Source: an uncultured virus (IMG/VR IMGVR_UViG_3300043436_000696) | Lineage: Duplodnaviria; Heunggongvirae; Uroviricota; Caudoviricetes | Reading direction: 5' to 3' (one strand) | Length of the DNA stretch: 64,000 bases | IMG/VR virus record: IMGVR_UViG_3300043436_000696 | In this document: in pieces, positions 59,801 to 64,000 of the stretch | Position numbering within the stretch: position 1 is the first letter of the stretch | How the letters are laid out: the number at the start of each line of letters is the position of its first letter | Notes under the pieces: model-generated | Told to the model about the DNA's origin: nothing | Seen by the model: only the letters and a program-made list of their open reading frames with translations | Database searches by the model: none | Made by a program: the position numbers and the translations under genes

Positions 59801-60577
59801 AGTAAGACTAACGATAGTATTGCAATAATTCTTCCTTCTGAATCTTTAATGAAGCTTTTAGAAGAACCTATGTATGAGCTATCTAAAGAGGGGATGACAA
59901 CAGAGTTTTTAGAAAAGTATTCTCAAACCTTTGACAAAAACTGGGCTAAGTCTGCTACAGCTGTTCGTAATAGATTTAGAAACTATATACAGTCTAATAA
60001 ACCTACAATAGTAGAACCTATTACTGAAGCTACTGCGGTAACTCCTATATCTCCTTCTATAGCTACATTTAAGAATAAGTTTGCAAAGAGTGAGCTTGAT
60101 CCTATATTGAATGCTAATAAAAACACTATATTTGTATACCCTGTAAATGAAAAAGGTACAGGTGATAACGTAGCTAAAGTATACCAAGATTCTGGAAATA
60201 GTGCAGGTGTAGTATTGAAATCTGTAGGAAAGAATTGGACAGATGCAACTTATGATTCTAATGTTGGCTTTATAAACCAATCATTAGATGTAATTAGTGC
60301 TCATTTAAGCAATGGTTTCCAAGTAGCTTTTCCTGAGTTTGGATTACACTTGACTAAGAATAAAGAAGAATTTGTAGACTTTTTAAGTAAGTCTGCACCT
60401 AGAACCTTTGATCATTTAGCTACTGAGTTATATAAGAGATTTGGATATGTTCATCCTGGAGCTGAGCAAATGCTAGGCTTTAGAAAGGAATTCCAATCTA
60501 ATCAACCTATATCAGATCAAGAAATTGAGGCTGCTATTAATAAGAAAATTGAAGAATCTAAAAACTGTAATTCCTAA
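50825..60577 (+). CDS. Giant virion-packaged RNA polymerase (crAss-like double-psi beta-barrel RNAP) with accessory domains
   Basis: 3250 aa; GSDFDIDKL catalytic motif (57671..57685) preceded by GVRIPVQG; EGDAQGW and FHKFS motifs; HEGWH zincin motif (53222..53236); ASCH-like segment. Confidence 0.9.
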   Translation: MACRLSDEQVEALYSTVLGDIVSTKNRGDIYDPSTAMRTLYQSLMAAGADQTNALDYIQHVPRMINAAYGSLEEIADYLQDSNVSIDNLNKMRRDFKDINNVMSFLNLNNNTVEIIEEIVEESNPSTPVVPTDVYTEIENSDVEEKQKLYKNRSFIAAPETALAVFNQEAKDYDGSIAEDNVQDPDPKKKTYYAVVRKINALMNSLNASTANNLKMGTTTGIFMNLVKASSIDEADLYVSDTKFINQSEENRAYHNDSALALVYTDKNGKVLYFDEEGNITSKEAGGKLVYGKIRNVYSDKTGAKYVPRVQTVERKAEKGMGTQEELQAERQKEIDVLEGARKFLKENPTGSLMFSITPGRNGYVNEDFSTVNLIGSIELPDGFKPTVAKEDTGIYKSGGVYFHVPGYSLPILVRRPKFGQLNNNLAQNLADLLFDSANTQSNAEKIAIVKQFTYSNDTKVFDRDGKIFVKQGEQELDTTDSSNRETFLQNLNGQVVNINKDLVNGYVDMPVNLDGKVQIQKEIYNNFLTGNFYTHLAKNAEGKVVSMNAYNNIFPTVESQTKMFGETKTTKTVLADELTPIEQNFSDGQGGRKMQSKFAGKSTMDLILSGDRTRTTRANTDIQRMMKDYGLTKIEDLVGKVIRMTDKKGRTAYTEITKVVPFTKEYQDSTWQKEGWEKGVTDKLVGQYPYAIEFKIVSLEKQYTAPVSLTETTPTDNKISPLAELLKNTDFSLKKSILENSDATEEQIAKARAWYTGSPLAKVVPFETMFHVVNSNALATFTLSGITLFQGSNYTDLYHEGWHAFSQLFLTKGEKVALYNEARKLTGSFKTADGRTIKFSAASDIQLEEFLAEDFRKYGLADGNYIVAGRGTRNTLFRRMWNFLKAVFKGYSIKDAISEATAIPKIAELYDKLYVGNINDYSASLNNVQFKILNKGAQPLDDKNIDGGLNYQDSMTLVETIDSLMASTLQDYGVNLGVLFTNPEFTAPLYAEIKSKIEKMAANPDLSESSKRILNFALSEWGDYTAVSKGEQELGVIAFHKKRSSYLTFDEKYADLTGAEQDINENAADAIKDEEDQLTLTANEARESFGSNAFERKGNELSVRELASNQTVYLIKSLPALDKNGKVEMNALGVPKLTDFNRTWGIVINTVQGAIDEVDMYRKLSEASTRFPELKALVERLGDPMEKTQTSDWPAMNMWINFHRDFSVYRVPIREVRLVKTQIPGEDGYTFSVEFTETSPTFKQVENTFKSQFDAIRNNKYVRNTPQGNELNIESILNDFPKSTLMSGTSKLNSEQAIKFLRAIGLYVTDNQAIRESLNDNYTAVTYLHSALSRINYFNSSKEPASKIKISSPIDFLRNELKNVTTKDSKGNTTLLHKGESSNIEKILNIEGTSSGKYSNNSVENVNGDSVFDLSLNNTITKLFAELNAIGKTYADVINKPHMAHLNFRNNPAAKYSIWLNSLFHIPTGNFDTANMNQRRVGKTNAETVSIDIVNLDGIKEVVSNEAQAQFRVNGIKTTSADPATKFVMDLHTMLMRGVIEAPRHASKSTAYGYSVSLLSTPFNAKSRHLYISSEYFADDATANNAAVTLLKPKIAAEMERIAMLKAGMLPNIPGFNERGLTFTMFDDILSDSLKKDLIEMANADNSLDLLEDAELSKRISNDISSYINKLTQENLDIFGEMPFISKELLRGGARGSAKSITSLIGQGSNLTDAQLKVIALKSFTVNSLIHNMESMAMVYGDLAMYNHNKEEFHKRNAAIGSTGRIFASGQATTNFVNNLGRGYARKIGATQRTFDGTINSVVFKDNNVTSVYYDEYLDALTSKGYTKEQAASILKPYSEMNEGDAQGWVTFDAYRMFSILEGAWSEKQNDLYNKIINEEVVDPAEISEFFPTKKFQYAGPVKSDKLHLQAFHKFSLVPLIPSLIKGTNMEVVHDNLVKQQVDYAVFESGSKLATITKNGQYDDLYSNKEERTTQPWNQGDPEYTTNKVFIQYLKDQVDIQSTWKNKTIFSTQLRKLIINDLFKQGIATSKDFEKLVTDFEGLLDDLQTKKKNELLAEAGWTQDKKGNYTGSVKSLMEFVERELARQELPEHDIDFVRESSDINSIKRDLSFSLNAEKIEKLLNSIVIKRLVRQKMNGEQLVQVSGAGFESTTKLTNPTEEDIKNYRGTNDLPTYRPGKGKNGKTSAMKVKIAMKGDYYKLLELKHTDGEKIGTRERLNEVLKKDEWLDQKDNRKLITMVGVRIPVQGLNSMEFMEVYEFLPEEAGSIVIPPAEIVAKSGSDFDIDKLTIFQPNYSKKSKEAKYSINDNVKGTENKIIEKIREILEHPDNFEALIRPNNTDIVKGVADDLASKDIQGYSPLANKTKEKASKISPTRTLEPRYNLYKHESNNIGKKTLGIGAVDNAYSSIFKRIGARLETQYTHYPIDFATGEYKKDPKTGKIVKQIRPINIRMKHNSITVDGKQYISLSDINTVSGEKISDLISQLMNGWVDIEKDAWIFNINGNNVAGPVLLFMLESGVDFKTAAHFVSQPLIVDYIKKRAASNSPFFEASGKGENKGKGLNKFEIKKQFILDNFEDDLPINKSTGEPIVSNDGIYKIINKYNEGVEYTSDNLLGMIEKKDTTSDMAKAALLHFFELEDLMGQLTNIKLKVNLDTAPSKSLFSAQQRINEIGKLNIVDAVPANLVKNILYNSPIKSFFVQDFQLKLWEPLMKLRGDANINNFLIDKIATKSYTNSFDDAEKYVAAFKNDLPLYLLQNYLKGIDISKITEYKGLLIDKAMPVQNVQIRNGAYVKDGVMYVDIDQIKSDFASMAYTDKGTYKEIGLSTLPAQVFKMGEVNANFQEYSHYVLEREYLRSILPVRQNESRESYEDRLRDRALERTFNFHSMLKSDNSIADEFNRIKAKYPELEKDYMIFDELGYTPGSKFDVNKLKTLKLKSSKLDTDMANVLHENLQRLADPATIKVANPVANAEISKFFSRMIISEYLRAGISKTNDSIAIILPSESLMKLLEEPMYELSKEGMTTEFLEKYSQTFDKNWAKSATAVRNRFRNYIQSNKPTIVEPITEATAVTPISPSIATFKNKFAKSELDPILNANKNTIFVYPVNEKGTGDNVAKVYQDSGNSAGVVLKSVGKNWTDATYDSNVGFINQSLDVISAHLSNGFQVAFPEFGLHLTKNKEEFVDFLSKSAPRTFDHLATELYKRFGYVHPGAEQMLGFRKEFQSNQPISDQEIEAAINKKIEESKNCNS

Positions 60578-60580
60578 CAT

Positions 60581-63500
60581 ATGGCTTGTAGTATTATCCG
60601 TAATAAAGAAACTAATGAACTTGAACAAGTATTGGCTCCTAATGGTAAGGAGTCTTTACTATTTAATGGTATTTTAGATATTCAAGATGATCCTGAACAA
60701 TCTTTAAGACTATGGGCCCAAGTGTACACTGATACTTTTAAGAAAGAAAAAGGTGATTGGGAAACTCAAAAAGAGGGGTCAGGAATATTATTAGATGAAA
60801 ACGGTGAACCTCTTATACAGTATATCACTGGTTTAAATGAGGTAGCCCCTATAGATGTAGAAGATACTAGTGAGACTCCTAGTGTAGAAAGTCAAAAGAA
60901 GACTATTGGTAACACTGTTGCTGCTGAACTTGCATTTACAATATCCAATAACTTAAACATTCCTTATAGTCAAGTTTCTGCTGAACAGGCTCGTGAAATA
61001 ACAACAGCTGCTCAAAATCCATGGAATGGAGAGGCAGCCTTTTTCTTTGGGGGTAAAGTATACTTTGTAGAAGATGGCTTTACATCAGATAGTATACTAC
61101 ATGAATTCTCTCATCCTTTAGTAGCTGCAGTATTTACTCAGAACAAAGACTTATTTAATAAATTGTTCTCTGATCTATCAAACAGTGAGGAAGGCAAATC
61201 TATATTAGAGCAAGTTAAAGCTCTATATCCTGAGTTAGAAGAAGATAGTGCTCATTTCCAACAAGAGGTTCTTACTAGAGGTCTAGCTAAAGAAGCAGAA
61301 AATGAGACTAACCAGATTAAGAACTCTAAATCTTTTACAGACTTTATTAATAAAATGATCTTTGCTTTTAAACAAGCCTTACGTAAGATCTTTGGTAAAG
61401 ATGTTAAGATTGAAAAGCTTTCTACTAAGACTAATTTATCTGAGCTAGCTGATATGCTAAGAAATGATAAGTTTAATATTGATACTGAGATCTTTACTGA
61501 AGAAGACATGGTAGATTATCTACGTGATATTTCTAACTTTACTAAAGAATTAATGGCTGTTGAGCAAACTGAAATGGCTATGGCTTCTAAAAGATTCTAT
61601 AGTGTAGTAAGCAGTCAGATAAGGCGTATTAAAGAAAATGGTAACTACGCTGAAACTCGTAAATTTTTAATTGATGAAAATACAAAGCGTGGTAATCTTC
61701 AAGAAATTAAAGATACTCTTTCTAATGCTGATCTTGATAAATTACTAGATGATATGTATGAAGATGTACAAGCTCGTGAAAAAGCTGTACAAAGTTTTAT
61801 ACATGCTATGTTGCACTTAGATAAAACTATTAACAAGATTTATAATCACATACAAGAGCTATCTACTAAAGGTGACTCTCAAGATGTTATTAGAGATATA
61901 TTTTATTATGACTTGTTAATGAGAAACTGGAGCACTTTTATAGATGAAACTATAGATGGTTTAACTGATGCAGGACTTTCACCTAATACTGACTTTTCAA
62001 AATTAGCTGCAGGACTAAAATATAGTATTGATCAAAGCTCTAGAGCTATTAGTAAAATATATGCCAATGCTCTTGATGATGTAATGCTTGAGCATTTAAA
62101 ACCTTTAGCGGAAGAAATAGATAGATACTATTCAGATATTATCAAACAGCTTACTGATAAAAATCAAAAGCAATCAGAAATTGATAGAGTTCAAAAGAAG
62201 TGGGATGCTCATAGACTAACTAAAGAAAGAGTTAATGACTTACTTACTGGTAATGCCAAAGATACTAATATCTTTTCTTCTTTTCTTGAATCATATGCTA
62301 ATAGTCCTGATCCTATAATTGGAGGTTTTACTATGTTCTTGAAATCTGCATACAATGATGTGGATGCTGAAAGTCTTCGTTTAACTAATGAAATGGCTAT
62401 TGAACTTGCTCCTTTATTAGACGCAGTTGGTTATAGTAATACAGACTTTTCTAAAACAATGAAAGAGCTAGTTTATGAAGAAAATAAACCTTATGTAGAT
62501 CCAAAAGACGGTTTAATGAAAACTAGAAAAGTCTTTGCTTTTAAGTCTATGTTTAAAGATCATTTAGTACAACTAGGTAGTCTAAAACATGACTATAATG
62601 TAGCAATAGCATCTGGAGATCAAATTTTAGCTGATCAAAAACTTAAAGAAATTAGAGAACATAAGAAAGATTACTTTCATCAAGAGTATGTTAATGAATA
62701 TTATGATCGTGAACAGATATATAACTCGGAAGTAGGTAAAGAAGCTTATAGAAAAAAGTACGAGCTTTTAAATGAAATTAAAAATCTTACAGATCAAGAG
62801 TACGATCCTGATCATATTGATGAGATCTTAACCCAGAAAAAAATCTTATGGAGAAGATACTCTCAATTAGCTTCTTTAACAGATGAGAATGGTAATCCTA
62901 AAGTCGGCATTGATCTTGAGATAGCTCAGATAGAGCGTCAATATAGAAAAGAATCAAGAAAGTTTTTTGAATGGTTACCTACTAATAAGTTTGAGTCTAC
63001 ATTAAGAAGAATGGAACAGAATTTAGTAGATGAGGGAATATCACCAGACAGTCCAGAATTTAAACAAGCTAGAGATAAATGGATTAAAGAGAATACAGTT
63101 ATTGCTTATACTCCTCAATTTTTTGAAGAGAGAAATCAGATTATTTCTGATCTTAAAGACTTTATGGCTAAGTTGCCTAAAGCTACTCAAGACTTAGTAG
63201 ACTCATCTGGAGAGATGGAGAACATGTTAGATCTGTCTGTAGGATTTAGAGATCAAGATGGACAAATTATTGGAGGTGACTTTAGTCAAACTTCTAAAGA
63301 TAAAATTAAAGCTTATCAGAAATCTATACAAGATAAAAGAAAGAGCTTATATAATGGGCTTACAGATGATGAACAATCAGAACTTGATTCTCTATTTACT
63401 AGAAAAGATTTTGCAATAGGCAAAAGACTATCTCCAGAAGATGACGCTAGACTTAGTGAGTTAATTGATAAGGGTATTAGTCTTAGAATTAATGTTCTTC

Positions 63501-64000
63501 AAAAAGCGGAATTAGCTACTTTATACCAAAGACTTTCTGAGATTCAATCTAAAGAAGCTACTGATTACTATGCAGACATAGTTAATAACTATCTAGATCA
63601 GATGGGTGAAAAGCCTTTTGATGAGAACAATGAAAACAGTATAGATAGTCTATTAGATCCTAGTAACTATGTTAGATTGTTTAGTAAAAGCCCTGCGTTT
63701 GAAAAGTGGTTTAAAGATAACCATATTACTAAAGAAGTCTATGATAGAGATTCTGGTGAAGTTATAACTAAGTATGAGCGTTTATTTATATGGAACCGTA
63801 ACCGTCCTAATAATGAAGAACATTATGAGAAGATTACTCTTTCAGACGGTGAGCAGATTTTAGGTAAACCTAGCTTATCTTACTTTTTCCGTTCTGTTAA
63901 AAAAGAATATAGAACTAAAAAGGTAGTTGGAGAAACTGTAGATAACCGTGGCAACTTCTTACCTAAAACTATTGAGCAAGGTGCTAAAGATGATAAGTAC
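60581..64000 (+). CDS. Large polyvalent cargo protein with zincin-like motif (3'-truncated; not in ORF track)
   Basis: ATG 60581 MACSIIRN...LAPNGKESLL...VYTDTFKKEKGDW...LDENGEP; ILHEFSHP at 61100; frame spot-checked as open to the window end (about 1140 codons). Confidence 0.8.
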   Translation, partial: MACSIIRNKETNELEQVLAPNGKESLLFNGILDIQDDPEQSLRLWAQVYTDTFKKEKGDWETQKEGSGILLDENGEPLIQYITGLNEVAPIDVEDTSETPSVESQKKTIGNTVAAELAFTISNNLNIPYSQVSAEQAREITTAAQNPWNGEAAFFFGGKVYFVEDGFTSDSILHEFSHPLVAAVFTQNKDLFNKLFSDLSNSEEGKSILEQVKALYPELEEDSAHFQQEVLTRGLAKEAENETNQIKNSKSFTDFINKMIFAFKQALRKIFGKDVKIEKLSTKTNLSELADMLRNDKFNIDTEIFTEEDMVDYLRDISNFTKELMAVEQTEMAMASKRFYSVVSSQIRRIKENGNYAETRKFLIDENTKRGNLQEIKDTLSNADLDKLLDDMYEDVQAREKAVQSFIHAMLHLDKTINKIYNHIQELSTKGDSQDVIRDIFYYDLLMRNWSTFIDETIDGLTDAGLSPNTDFSKLAAGLKYSIDQSSRAISKIYANALDDVMLEHLKPLAEEIDRYYSDIIKQLTDKNQKQSEIDRVQKKWDAHRLTKERVNDLLTGNAKDTNIFSSFLESYANSPDPIIGGFTMFLKSAYNDVDAESLRLTNEMAIELAPLLDAVGYSNTDFSKTMKELVYEENKPYVDPKDGLMKTRKVFAFKSMFKDHLVQLGSLKHDYNVAIASGDQILADQKLKEIREHKKDYFHQEYVNEYYDREQIYNSEVGKEAYRKKYELLNEIKNLTDQEYDPDHIDEILTQKKILWRRYSQLASLTDENGNPKVGIDLEIAQIERQYRKESRKFFEWLPTNKFESTLRRMEQNLVDEGISPDSPEFKQARDKWIKENTVIAYTPQFFEERNQIISDLKDFMAKLPKATQDLVDSSGEMENMLDLSVGFRDQDGQIIGGDFSQTSKDKIKAYQKSIQDKRKSLYNGLTDDEQSELDSLFTRKDFAIGKRLSPEDDARLSELIDKGISLRINVLQKAELATLYQRLSEIQSKEATDYYADIVNNYLDQMGEKPFDENNENSIDSLLDPSNYVRLFSKSPAFEKWFKDNHITKEVYDRDSGEVITKYERLFIWNRNRPNNEEHYEKITLSDGEQILGKPSLSYFFRSVKKEYRTKKVVGETVDNRGNFLPKTIEQGAKDDKY

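Noticed and set aside
50825..60577. Intein or intron in the RNA polymerase
   Set aside because: No frame break, no LAGLIDADG/HNH motif and no internal C...HN-[CST] splice junction seen by eye.
721..61509. Short minus-strand and nested alternative-frame ORFs in the track
   Set aside because: All lie inside long plus-strand genes, have shadow-like composition and no recognisable motifs.
1..64000. Stop-codon reassignment (TAG or TGA), known in some crAss-like phages
   Set aside because: Structural and giant genes read uninterrupted in the standard code with near-complete coding density.

Overview
AT-rich, gene-dense, single-stranded-orientation (+) segment of a large tailed dsDNA phage, most consistent with a crAss-like (Crassvirales-related) podovirus of Bacteroidota. 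Host evidence: TAnnTTTG promoter boxes, A/T-rich leaders without Shine-Dalgarno, and a Gln at +1 after a signal peptide. From left to right the window holds: three tail fibres ending in peptidase-S74 chaperones plus candidate adhesins; an accessory cassette wedged among the fibre genes (two paralogous Gly-rich repeat proteins, an outer-membrane beta-barrel, a coiled-coil protein, a U32-family Fe-S enzyme fused to a SAM methyltransferase, and a DUF401-like permease); Cys-rich/FN3-like virion proteins; a metallophosphoesterase; IHF-like, ring and muzzle (Tstab) tail genes; and the ejected-cargo block, including a 3250-aa virion RNA polymerase (DFDID motif) and a truncated polyvalent protein. The most striking unexplained patterns are (i) cargo proteins built as strings of unrelated modules delimited by a recurring phi-x-x-Gly-Gly motif, one of them a putative ADP-ribosyltransferase, (ii) lone terminal cysteines that could link consecutive giant cargo proteins head to tail, and (iii) the U32-methyltransferase/transport cassette. 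All assignments come from motif reading by eye; no database searches were run. No tRNA, rRNA, CRISPR array, integrase or reverse transcriptase was seen.
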